64,000 nucleotides of DNA from IMG/VR virus record IMGVR_UViG_3300008262_003578; one strand, given 5' to 3'. Both the position numbers and the translations under genes were made by a program. This stretch comes from a virus. This document shows positions 1-9,173 of this stretch, in pieces. Position 1 is the stretch's first letter; every line of letters starts with the position of its first letter. A model generated the notes under the pieces. It worked only from the letters and a program-made list of their open reading frames with translations. It did no database searches and was not told where the DNA came from.

Positions 1-302
1 ACCTCATATTCTTGTTGAGTTCGTGATAAGTTTTCCTCATTATCTTTTTGAAGTTCGGGTAATTCTTGTTCCCTATTTCTATAATTTCTTAATAAAAGGA
101 TTTGTTCTCTGGTACCACCAGTCTCTTTAATTATTTTTTCAAGTTGGTTAATCAATTCCTTTAATGATTCTCTCTCTTTACTTAATTCCGCTTTAAGTTT
201 TGTGTATTTTCTAATTAAAGCATTTAATCTGGTGACTTCAGCATTATTTATTTTAATTTCTGCTAAAATCACTCTTGATGGTCTAAAACTATCTTCCGCC
301 AT
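1..302 (-). CDS. hypothetical coiled-coil protein (partial, runs off window start)
   Basis: ATG at 302 (MAEDSFRPSRVILAEIK...), open to the window edge; TATTTAT motif upstream at 340-346. Confidence 0.6.
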   Translation of the reverse strand, partial: MAEDSFRPSRVILAEIKINNAEVTRLNALIRKYTKLKAELSKERESLKELINQLEKIIKETGGTREQILLLRNYRNREQELPELQKDNEENLSRTQQEYE

Positions 303-350
303 TTTAATTTTTTTTTAATTTTTTATTAGGTTTATACTGATAAATATCTT

Positions 351-387
351 AAAAAATAAAAAACCCCATCCTAAAAAGGTGGGGTTT
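351..387 (-). terminator. rho-independent terminator downstream of tmRNA
   Basis: stem aaaccccatc/ggtggggttt followed by a U-tract on the minus strand, just past the tmRNA CCA end. Confidence 0.75.
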
Positions 388-392
388 ATAGT

Positions 393-804
393 TGGTGGAG
401 GTGAAGGGAGTCGAACCCTTGTCCATAACATCCTGTCAGATAAGGACTACACGTTTAGGTTGGTATTTTCTAATACCCCAAAATATTTGATTTTTATTTG
501 ACCAAAAACAAAGTCAGTTTGTTCTTCACCATCGTAAACTAACAACCAATGGACGACTCGATTTCGGGTTCAGTCGTATTCCACCTTAAAGGACTTCTGT
601 TGCTAGGTTGTGTGTCCACCGACCCCCCGTTTCCGTAAACTAATTAAGCTACAGTAACATCAGAAGTACGGATTAATCCGATAGCTTCCATTTTGTTTAG
701 CACATTGCCAGTTGTTTTTCTGAATCAGTTTTTAAGGAGATTAACTCAGTCCCCACGTGCCCTTATTCTTCAGCCGATACCTGTCAAAACCAAAAAACAC
801 CCCC
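393..804 (-). ncRNA. ssrA: tmRNA (transfer-messenger RNA)
   Basis: 5' GGGGGTG pairs with 3' CACCTCC-ACCA with a G3:U pair; T-arm GGTTCGACTCCC; 5' ...TTTTGACAGG; internal tag ORF 709-644 encoding GNVLNKMEAIGLIRTSDVTVA*. Confidence 0.93.
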
Positions 805-879
805 ATATGTCAAATAACGATTTGTTCTACAAATATATAAATATTTATCTAATAAAGAAACACCTTTATATTTATTATT

Positions 880-1974
880 ATGGATGAAAATGAATATTCT
901 GATGATTACGCTGAGATAAAATCTATTATGGAGGGTAATGACCCTGGTAGGGGTTATGTATCAGATAATTTAAGAGTTAGATTTAATAAAAACAGTCCCG
1001 CAAAATCTTTGGCAAATATCACATTAGATGTGGGTGATTTTATTCATATGATTAAGGATTCTCTTTATTATGCTGAGGATGATAAAAACATCATATTAAA
1101 TTTATTTGGTGGTTATTATGGTCCTGATTATGAATTTATGAGTTGGGATTCGGCCTCAGAGGATTGGGAAGGTGGGTATATACTTAGATATTTTGATAAT
1201 GAAAGCATAGAACTTTTAAAAGAGATTTTAAAGTATTCCCCAACTCTAATTGATATTACCGATAATGAATCTATAATTCAATTCCTATCAAAAAAAGAAT
1301 TTGAAAGAGAAATTGATTGGATTACAACTGAATATCAGGATTTATACAATCAATGTGGACTTGAGAGTTTAAAGGAATACATTATGGGTGAACTATCCAA
1401 CAAACTATTACCTTACAACATAATTGAGAAGTTTTTTATGAAGAACTACTATACCACCGTTGGTAATTTATATAGGCTGTATAATGAATATAATGTTTCT
1501 CCTCACAATAGCGTTTTGGGTCTTTTTAAAATATTGTTAAAAAAAGAGATTGGTAGTAGTATTGGTGGTTATCATGAAGAAATATATGGTATGGGTTGTC
1601 GTAATTTTGATGATGAATCATTAAACATAGAAATTCATCGTCAATTAGAAAAGATTCTTGAGAAGATTGAGGAAGGGATGGAAGATGAAGATTTTGACCG
1701 AGAACAATATGAAAGAATTATTAAGTATATCCAAAAATTAAAGGGTGTGAATCATAATGGTAAGATGTGGTATCCGATACCAACAATGAAAGGTTACGCA
1801 TTCACAATTAATAATGTTAACTATGCCAAGGGTATTGAGATTACAATACATAAGAATGATGACGATGCGTATAGGGAAAAGAGATTAATTAAATTTGATG
1901 ACTTCCCGACTTTTATTGAGAATTATAAATTATTTGAATCAAAACGTCAAAAAAAATTTTTTCTAATTAAATAA
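880..1974 (+). CDS. hypothetical protein
   Basis: 364-aa ORF, no recognised motif; TATTTAT at 869-875. Confidence 0.75.
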   Translation: MDENEYSDDYAEIKSIMEGNDPGRGYVSDNLRVRFNKNSPAKSLANITLDVGDFIHMIKDSLYYAEDDKNIILNLFGGYYGPDYEFMSWDSASEDWEGGYILRYFDNESIELLKEILKYSPTLIDITDNESIIQFLSKKEFEREIDWITTEYQDLYNQCGLESLKEYIMGELSNKLLPYNIIEKFFMKNYYTTVGNLYRLYNEYNVSPHNSVLGLFKILLKKEIGSSIGGYHEEIYGMGCRNFDDESLNIEIHRQLEKILEKIEEGMEDEDFDREQYERIIKYIQKLKGVNHNGKMWYPIPTMKGYAFTINNVNYAKGIEITIHKNDDDAYREKRLIKFDDFPTFIENYKLFESKRQKKFFLIK

Positions 1975-1991
1975 TTTCATACATTTGTCGT

Positions 1992-2804
1992 ATGGAAAGA
2001 GATTATCAATTATTGAAAGATGTTTTGTCAGTTCCGACAAAAACTTACAAAGAAGGTTTAATGGTGGAATTTTTGGTTAAGTATTTAACCAGAAATGGGT
2101 ACAAACATTACCTTGACGATATGGGGAACATCTATGTTACCAAACAAACTGATGATGTTGAGTTTTTTCCTTGTGTTGTTGCTCATACTGACACTGTTCA
2201 TAACATAGACACAATCAATGTTAGAGAAGAGTCGTTACCTAATGAACAAGGTGTGTTAAAACCAGCATTAAAGGCTTATAACGATAAGGGTAATCCAACA
2301 GGTATTGGTGGGGATGACAAGTGTGGTGTTTATGCTTGTTTGGAATTGTTAAAAGAATTGCCAAACCTTAAGGTTGCTTTCTTTGTGTCTGAAGAAACAG
2401 GTTGTCATGGTTCTCGTAATGCCGACCCCAACTTTTTTGATAATGTCGGATATGCGATTCAGTTTGACGCGCCTGGTAATCACATGGTCACTGAGTACTC
2501 TATGGGGGTTAGAATGTTTGATGATAAAGGTGAATTTAAAGAAATGTGTAACGAAGTGTTAACTGAAACATTTGATGGTAGACATCAGTTCCAATCACAC
2601 CCATACACTGATGTATACGCGCTTAAAGAATCATTTGATTTTTCTTGTATTAACTTTTCAATCGGTTATTATAGATATCATACACCTAACGAATATGTGG
2701 TTGTTGAAGATGTGTATTCAGGAATTGAAACTGGAAAAAAGATGATTGAAAAATTGGGATATTCCAAATACAAATTCAAAGAGAAATCAAAATATTATTT
2801 ATAA
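1992..2804 (+). CDS. zinc metallopeptidase, M20/M28/M42 clan
   Basis: AHTDTV, GIGGDDKCG, SEETG, QFD and YHT metal-ligand motifs. Confidence 0.85.
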   Translation: MERDYQLLKDVLSVPTKTYKEGLMVEFLVKYLTRNGYKHYLDDMGNIYVTKQTDDVEFFPCVVAHTDTVHNIDTINVREESLPNEQGVLKPALKAYNDKGNPTGIGGDDKCGVYACLELLKELPNLKVAFFVSEETGCHGSRNADPNFFDNVGYAIQFDAPGNHMVTEYSMGVRMFDDKGEFKEMCNEVLTETFDGRHQFQSHPYTDVYALKESFDFSCINFSIGYYRYHTPNEYVVVEDVYSGIETGKKMIEKLGYSKYKFKEKSKYYL

Positions 2805-2832
2805 AAAAAGGGGTTATTCAACCCCTTTTTTC
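2803..2832. terminator. bidirectional terminator between convergent peptidase and Clp genes
   Basis: A-tract, gggg, ttattca, cccc, T-tract hairpin. Confidence 0.6.
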
Positions 2833-4859
2833 TTTCTACCCTTTTTCGGTTTATTATCAATAAGAACATTAATTTTAATTTCTTTATCAACTACAGTCAT
2901 AGTGTAATCAACATCTTCTAAAACATTTCCGTTTAAAATTTCTTCAGATATATAATCCTCAATTTTATCTTGAATCGCTCGTTTAAGAGGTCTTGCACCA
3001 TATAGTTCATCAAATCCAACTTCGGATATTAGTTCTGTAACGGTATCATCAAACGTAAAGTTATATTTCATTTTTGAAAGTCGTTTTGATAAAACGTTAA
3101 TTTCAAGTTTAACAATTTTCTTAACATCCTCTTTAACTAATTGATTGAATATAATAACCTCATCAATACGGTTTAAGAATTCAGGTGCGAAGAATTTTTG
3201 TAGTTCTTTCTTTAACATATCTCTTTTATGTTCTTCTTGAACATAAGTTTTCGCTTGAGTTCCAAACCCGATTCCACCACCAAAATCTTGTAATTTTTTA
3301 ACTCCTAAGTTAGATGTCATAATGATAACACAGTTTTTGAAGTTAATCTTTCTACCAAGACCGTCAGTGATGTGACCATCATCCAATACTTGTAATAAAG
3401 TTGAGAATACATCTTTATTCGCTTTTTCAATCTCATCAAATAAAATAACTGAATATGGTTTGTTTTTAACTTGTTCTGTTAATTGACCACCTTCATCATA
3501 ACCAACATATCCTGGAGGAGCACCAATCAATCTTGAGATTGTATGTTTCTCTTGGAATTCGGACATATCAATTCTAATTAAAGCATCCTCATTTCCGAAG
3601 ATTTGTTTAGCCAATTGTTTCGCCAAATATGTTTTACCGACTCCCGTTGAACCTAAGAAGATAAATGAACCGATTGGTTTATTTGGGTCCTTAATACCAA
3701 TTCTATTTCTTCTAATAGATTTCGCAATCTTTTTAATTGCATCAGGTTGACCAATAACACTATCATTTAAACTATTCTCCAAGTTACTTAATGATTTTGC
3801 TTCGTCAGAGTTTAATTTAGAAATTGGAATTTTTGTCATATTAGATACTACATCATAAACTAACTCAAGAGACACTTCTTTTTTATGTATACCTAACTCT
3901 TCCTCAAATTTTTTCTTTTCTTGTTCTAATTTATTTAGAACTCGTTTTTCTTTATCTCTAAGGTTAGCCGCTTCCTCATAGTCTTGACGTTTAACTACAT
4001 CTAATTTTTGTAATTTAATTTCTTGTGCTTCGGCTTTTAGTTCGTCAATAATTGGTGGCATTTTAACTTCCACTTGACTACGAGCACCAACTTCATCAAT
4101 GATATCAAATGCTTTGTCAGGAAACTCTCTATCCGTGATATAACGCTCGGCTAAATCAACACATAAAGTTAATACTTCATCATTATAAGTAACTTTATGA
4201 TAAGCTTCATATTTATCTTTTGCATTTAGAAGAATTTGTAAAGTTTCTTCTTTGGATGCTGGGTCAACAATTACTTTTTGAAACCTTCTCTCTAAAGCTC
4301 CATCCTTTTCAAAGTTCTTACGGTATTCATCCAAAGTGGTTGCACCTACGCATTGAATTTCTCCTCTTGCAAGTGCTGGTTTAAATATGTTGGAAGCGTC
4401 CATAGAACCCGATGAATTGCCCGCACCAACCATTGTGTGAATTTCATCAATAAAGACTATGATGTTAGGGTTAGCCTGAAGTTCCTCAAGGATTACCTTC
4501 ATCCTTTCCTCAAATTGACCACGGTATTTTGTTCCTGCCACAATTGATGTCATATCCAAAGAAACAATCTTTTTATCCATTAAATTTCTCGGACATTCAC
4601 CATTATAAATTTTAATTGCGAGACCCTCAACAATTGCGGTTTTACCACAACCTGGTTCACCAATAATGATTGGGTTATTTTTCTTACGTCTTGATAAGAT
4701 TTGTGCTATCCTCGTTATTTCTTGGTCCCTACCAATAACAGGGTCTAATTTACCTTCTTCGGCTAACTTAATTAAATCACGACTAAAGTTATCCAATACA
4801 GGTGTGGATGAATCACCTTTCTTATTTCCTTTACCGCTATTCTCTGCAGATTCTATCAT
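2814..4859 (-). CDS. clpC: ATP-dependent Clp protease ATP-binding subunit (ClpC/ClpA-like) lacking the N-terminal Clp-repeat domain
   Basis: two AAA modules (GEPGCGKT/IDEIH; GSTGVGKT/FDEIEK), pore loops GTKYRG and GYVG, UVR-like middle coil (QDYEEAANLRD), IGF loop. Confidence 0.9.
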   Translation of the reverse strand: MIESAENSGKGNKKGDSSTPVLDNFSRDLIKLAEEGKLDPVIGRDQEITRIAQILSRRKKNNPIIIGEPGCGKTAIVEGLAIKIYNGECPRNLMDKKIVSLDMTSIVAGTKYRGQFEERMKVILEELQANPNIIVFIDEIHTMVGAGNSSGSMDASNIFKPALARGEIQCVGATTLDEYRKNFEKDGALERRFQKVIVDPASKEETLQILLNAKDKYEAYHKVTYNDEVLTLCVDLAERYITDREFPDKAFDIIDEVGARSQVEVKMPPIIDELKAEAQEIKLQKLDVVKRQDYEEAANLRDKEKRVLNKLEQEKKKFEEELGIHKKEVSLELVYDVVSNMTKIPISKLNSDEAKSLSNLENSLNDSVIGQPDAIKKIAKSIRRNRIGIKDPNKPIGSFIFLGSTGVGKTYLAKQLAKQIFGNEDALIRIDMSEFQEKHTISRLIGAPPGYVGYDEGGQLTEQVKNKPYSVILFDEIEKANKDVFSTLLQVLDDGHITDGLGRKINFKNCVIIMTSNLGVKKLQDFGGGIGFGTQAKTYVQEEHKRDMLKKELQKFFAPEFLNRIDEVIIFNQLVKEDVKKIVKLEINVLSKRLSKMKYNFTFDDTVTELISEVGFDELYGARPLKRAIQDKIEDYISEEILNGNVLEDVDYTMTVVDKEIKINVLIDNKPKKGRKKKGVE

Positions 4860-4960
4860 ATTGTTATGTTTTTAGTTAATTATAAATATTTTTTTAAAAT
4901 TATCAAAGGTTAAAAATGTTCTTTTTTTTTTAAGAGATATATTTATAAATAAAAATTATT

Positions 4961-5398
4961 ATGAAAAAAGTCATAAGATTAACAGAGTCTGATTTAATGA
5001 AAATTGTTAAACGAGTTATTAATGAATCTGAAAAACAAGTATTAAAAGAAGGGATTGAATATGGTGGAGTACAAATAGCGCCAACTAATACGCAATACGG
5101 AGGACCTGTTATGCTAACTTATAACGGGGTAAAAACTAAGTATACTATAAATGTTGTCGTTACTAAATTAGGTATTAATATATATAAAGGTAAGATTGGT
5201 GTTGTCGCTTTTTGGAAAAGTCCAAATGGATATTATGCTAAAGATAATACCGATAAAGTCTTTAAAATCCCAACTACAGAATTACAAAAAATGGTAAATG
5301 CTGCTAAAACTAACGCAAAACAAGTAAATATTTCAGGTACTGGTGAAGTTGCGGGTGTTGAGGGGAGTTTTAATGCAACGTTAACTAAAGTAGCTTAA
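4961..5398 (+). CDS. hypothetical protein with MKKVIRLTESDL-type N-terminal leader
   Basis: 145-aa ORF; leader shared with 25175-25714. Confidence 0.8.
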   Translation: MKKVIRLTESDLMKIVKRVINESEKQVLKEGIEYGGVQIAPTNTQYGGPVMLTYNGVKTKYTINVVVTKLGINIYKGKIGVVAFWKSPNGYYAKDNTDKVFKIPTTELQKMVNAAKTNAKQVNISGTGEVAGVEGSFNATLTKVA

Positions 5399-5444
5399 TA
5401 CTACACTTTAATAAGATTCTATATTATTTTATAAAAAAATAATT

Positions 5445-5687
5445 ATGGCAATTTTAAAAGAAGAAATCGTTGGAACTAAGATTTTAAATGAAATTCAGTC
5501 AAGTAATATTACAAAGACTGAGTATGACACTGAAACTAAAAAATTGATTGTTGAATTTAAAAATGGGTTAAGGTATGAGTACGATGAGGTACCTCATCAA
5601 CTATACACGCAATTTAGAATGTCTGAATCCCAAGGTAAATTTTTTAGCGGTAAAATATCCAAATCTTTTAAATACAAAAAATTATAA
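5445..5687 (+). CDS. KTSC domain protein
   Basis: SSNI..EYD...L.VEFKNG..YEY..VP...Y..F..SES.GKFF pattern. Confidence 0.85.
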   Translation: MAILKEEIVGTKILNEIQSSNITKTEYDTETKKLIVEFKNGLRYEYDEVPHQLYTQFRMSESQGKFFSGKISKSFKYKKL

Positions 5688-5717
5688 TAAATTACTTTAT
5701 TTAAGTATTTATTATTA

Positions 5718-6467
5718 ATGAATGAATTCAAAAAGATATTATCAAGTTTTAAATTAAAGGATAGTTTGAATACTGACATTTGGGTTGAATCAGATGGTGA
5801 GTATCACATGAAACCAAGAGTTAGAGAACGTCTATTAAAAATCGCAAACGATTTTATTGAATTTTTAGAAGTTGATTTAGTAATATCTGATATTATTATG
5901 TCAGGTTCATTGGCTAATTATAATTGGTCTGACTATTCAGATATTGATTTACATGTCACTGCGGACTTTACTCAATTTAATGATAGAGAAAAACCTTTAT
6001 ACGAAGAATTATTTAAAGTTAAAAAATCACTGTACAATAAAAAACACGACATAACTATATACGGTTATGAAGTTGAATTATATGTTGAGGATATAACTCA
6101 ACATTATGACGTTAAAAACATCGCAAAATTTTCAGTATTAAATAATGAGTGGATTGAAACCCCAATTAAAAATGACGTTAAGTTTAATAATGAAAGGGTT
6201 AAATTTAAAGCACAACAATGGATGAATATTATTGATGGTGTAATTGATAATGTTAAAGATGAAGACCTTGATGATGCAAAAGAATTAATTAATAAGTATA
6301 GGAGTAAGTTAAGAAAATACCGTACATGCGGACTCCAAAAAGGAGGAGAATATTCTGATGAAAATTTAGTATTTAAAGTCTTAAGACGAAACGGATATTT
6401 GGCAAAATTAAAGGGTTTAAAAAATAAAATAACGGATAAAGAATTATCGTTAAAAGAATCAAGATAA
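5718..6467 (+). CDS. Pol-beta superfamily nucleotidyltransferase
   Basis: GSLANYNWSDYSDIDLHV (GS...DxD) plus downstream VELYVED. Confidence 0.75.
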   Translation: MNEFKKILSSFKLKDSLNTDIWVESDGEYHMKPRVRERLLKIANDFIEFLEVDLVISDIIMSGSLANYNWSDYSDIDLHVTADFTQFNDREKPLYEELFKVKKSLYNKKHDITIYGYEVELYVEDITQHYDVKNIAKFSVLNNEWIETPIKNDVKFNNERVKFKAQQWMNIIDGVIDNVKDEDLDDAKELINKYRSKLRKYRTCGLQKGGEYSDENLVFKVLRRNGYLAKLKGLKNKITDKELSLKESR

Positions 6468-6547
6468 AACCATTACACATAGAAAATTTTGACATTTCTA
6501 TTTGGTAATATATTTATATATAAAAATAATTTTTAAAACAAAAAACA

Positions 6548-7798
6548 ATGGGAGGAATAAAACCAATTGGTAGTGAAAAATTACAGGGAATGGATAAAAT
6601 AAATCGCATTATGGAAATTGCGAGATATAATGAAAATATACCTAAATCTGTAAATGAAGATACATCTGTTGAATATAAAATAACATTAGCTGATGGTAAT
6701 ACTTATCGTATTGATAAAGAGAAAAATGGTTATGTTATTAAAAAGGGTTTGAATGAGTCTTATGACTATATGGAACCAATGAAAAACAGAAAGTATTATT
6801 CTTCATATTCTCAAGCATTTAAAAGATTGAACTTAATTGCTAAAGAAGTTAATGTTAATGAAGGATATGATAAGAATGTTTCGTTGTTTAACGAAAGTGA
6901 TGACACGAAATATTATTTAAAATTGAATAATGGTGGTGAAGTTGAGGAACAACCAGCATCACCTGCGGCGGCTCCCGCACCCGCTCCTGCACCCGCTCCC
7001 GCACCCGCTCCTGCACCCGCTCCTGAAGGTGGAGAAATGCCTGACATGGGTGGTGAAGACATGGGTATGGAAGAACCTGAAGGCGAAGAAGATTTTGATA
7101 TGGAAGAGCCTGAAGATGAAGATGAAGATGTTGTTACATTTAAAACAATCCAAAAACTTACAGGTAAATTAGGTCAAAAAATTAGAGCGTTCTTATCAGA
7201 TGAAGAAAACGAAATGACATCAAAAGATATTAAGTATGTGATTAACTCGGTTTTATCGGCATTAGAATTAGATAATTTAGATGAAGAAGATAAAGAAGAT
7301 ATCTTGGATAAATTAGAAGGTGTTGGTGAAGAAGAAGGTGAAGAAGATTTTGATATGGAAGAACCTGAAATGGATGATGAAGAAGGTGAAGAATTATCAC
7401 CTGAAACACCTGAAGTTCCTGAACCTGAAATGGCCGAAAGTTTTGCTAGACGTAGAAGAATACATCACGATGATTTAACTGATGACGAATCATATCACGT
7501 TGAGGATATGTTTGAAGAAATTTTCTCTGAATCAAAAATTGATAAAGTATTAAATAAATATTTTGGTGAAGAACCGACTAAGAAAGTTATTAAAGAAAGT
7601 GTTTCTAAAAAAGAAACTATGTTTACTAAAATACAAAAACTTTCTGAAAGTAAGTCTCAAGAAGCGGCTTCGGCTAAAGTTATGAGTAAATACCCAACCG
7701 CAAAACTTGTTGGTAAAACACCTAACAAAGATTTAGTTTTTGAAGTTGAGGATAAAAAATTAAAAATATCAACTAAAGGTGGTTATAAACTACTATGA
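6548..7798 (+). CDS. acidic low-complexity protein, probable prohead core component
   Basis: 416 aa, E/D-rich, AP linker, duplicated EGEEDFDMEEPE; lies upstream of the head genes. Confidence 0.55.
   Translation: MGGIKPIGSEKLQGMDKINRIMEIARYNENIPKSVNEDTSVEYKITLADGNTYRIDKEKNGYVIKKGLNESYDYMEPMKNRKYYSSYSQAFKRLNLIAKEVNVNEGYDKNVSLFNESDDTKYYLKLNNGGEVEEQPASPAAAPAPAPAPAPAPAPAPAPEGGEMPDMGGEDMGMEEPEGEEDFDMEEPEDEDEDVVTFKTIQKLTGKLGQKIRAFLSDEENEMTSKDIKYVINSVLSALELDNLDEEDKEDILDKLEGVGEEEGEEDFDMEEPEMDDEEGEELSPETPEVPEPEMAESFARRRRIHHDDLTDDESYHVEDMFEEIFSESKIDKVLNKYFGEEPTKKVIKESVSKKETMFTKIQKLSESKSQEAASAKVMSKYPTAKLVGKTPNKDLVFEVEDKKLKISTKGGYKLL
6971..7025 (+). repeat. 12-bp tandem repeat encoding (AP)n
   Basis: GCTCCYGCACCC repeated about 4.5 times. 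Confidence 0.9.
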
Positions 7799-8205
7799 GT
7801 TATTTAATTTATGTAAATGAATTAGGTCCAAATTATAAGGGTGATAATATCTACGAATTTATCTTCTCAGATACTTTGGATGAGATTTGGGGAGAATCTT
7901 GGGAATCCAAACCTTCAAATGGATACCCAAGTCCTCCCGATTTAGAATTTGTAAAGAAAGTCGGGGTTTTGAAAAATGATACCATACAATTGGAAGTTAT
8001 TCAAAATTCTGACTATTTTTGTATGGAGGATTCTATGGACGGTGTTATCGCACTGGCTTGGGAGAAAGAAAATGAGTATGTTGACTTTACACGAGTTAAA
8101 AGATTAGTTTTTAATTTTGGTGATGACGAACAGAAAGTAAAAGATAAATTATATGAACGTGATATCGTTTTAGAATTTGAAAAAAAAGTGGTCTATGAAA
8201 ACTAA
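7795..8205 (+). CDS. hypothetical protein
   Basis: 136-aa ORF, ATGA overlap with the upstream gene. Confidence 0.8.
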   Translation: MSYLIYVNELGPNYKGDNIYEFIFSDTLDEIWGESWESKPSNGYPSPPDLEFVKKVGVLKNDTIQLEVIQNSDYFCMEDSMDGVIALAWEKENEYVDFTRVKRLVFNFGDDEQKVKDKLYERDIVLEFEKKVVYEN

Positions 8206-9166
8206 TGAAAAAATATTAGGACTAATCAGTTACGGATTAAAACCATCTTGGGTTATGTCCCTTAATGAATCACAAATTGATGGTTTACATAAAAGGATGA
8301 GTAAATCCAAAAAAGAAACTAAAGAAGCGGTAACTAAAACTTCAACAACTACAACTTTTGATTTAAGTAATTCTGCTGATGTGAATTTGGCTAACAAACA
8401 ATTACAGGGGGTGGCTACTATAGACCCTAATCAGAAAAAAATGATTGTCACTAAAGAGGGTGAAATGACTGAAAAGGCGGTATCAAAACAACAACAAAAA
8501 ATTATGGGATTAGCTCTTTCTGTTAAAAGAGGTGATACACCTAAATCAAAAGTATCTAAATCAGTTAAAGATATGGCTAAAAAAATGTCTGAAAAAGATT
8601 TAGAAGATTTTGCATCAACAAAACATAAAGGACTACCTAAAAAAGTTAAAAAAACTGAAGCTAAAGAAGGTGGTTATATGGACATGGTTGGTAAAGCATT
8701 TAACAAAAATATGGCTAATAAAATTGCGGATATTAGGCCAAGTTTAAAATGGGAAAGTATTTTAGAAGATGAATTTTCTCAAATAATTGAGAATACGGTT
8801 TTCCCAAAAATGACAAAAAAAGATTTTATAAAAACAATAATGGAATCTCCTGAAGTTGCTCCTGAAAAGGAAAGAACTAAAGAAAAGGAAAAAGAAAGAG
8901 AAACCGAAAAACGTCCTGACAAAAATGACCCTTTCAGACCTGGTAAAAGAAAACAACCAAAACCAGCACCAAAGGCGAAACATCATAAAGAAATGAGTGA
9001 GGCACCTGAAGTTGCGCCCGCACCTGTTAAAGTTCCCGAAAGAGAAAAACAAACAACACCCGATAAGAACGACCCTTTCAGACCTGGTAAAAGACAACAA
9101 CCTAAACCAGCACCAAAGGCAAAATTACCTGATTGGTTATCATCAAAATCACTTGGAATTAAATAA
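8195..9166 (+). CDS. DUF3008-like domain protein with internal duplication
   Basis: AVSKQQQKIMGLAL...MSEKDLEDFASTKHKGLP resembles DUF3008; PEVAP...PDKNDPFRPGKRxQPKPAPKA occurs twice; ATG start at 8195 preferred over TTG at 8177. Confidence 0.7.
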   Translation: MKTNEKILGLISYGLKPSWVMSLNESQIDGLHKRMSKSKKETKEAVTKTSTTTTFDLSNSADVNLANKQLQGVATIDPNQKKMIVTKEGEMTEKAVSKQQQKIMGLALSVKRGDTPKSKVSKSVKDMAKKMSEKDLEDFASTKHKGLPKKVKKTEAKEGGYMDMVGKAFNKNMANKIADIRPSLKWESILEDEFSQIIENTVFPKMTKKDFIKTIMESPEVAPEKERTKEKEKERETEKRPDKNDPFRPGKRKQPKPAPKAKHHKEMSEAPEVAPAPVKVPEREKQTTPDKNDPFRPGKRQQPKPAPKAKLPDWLSSKSLGIK

Positions 9167-9173
9167 TAATAAG

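Noticed and set aside
693-887. 64-aa plus-strand ORF
   Set aside because: It overlaps the tmRNA on the opposite strand
8997-9173. N-terminal extension of the 537-aa ORF in the track
   Set aside because: It overlaps the upstream gene in another frame; ATG 9174 follows the upstream stop with an A-rich leader
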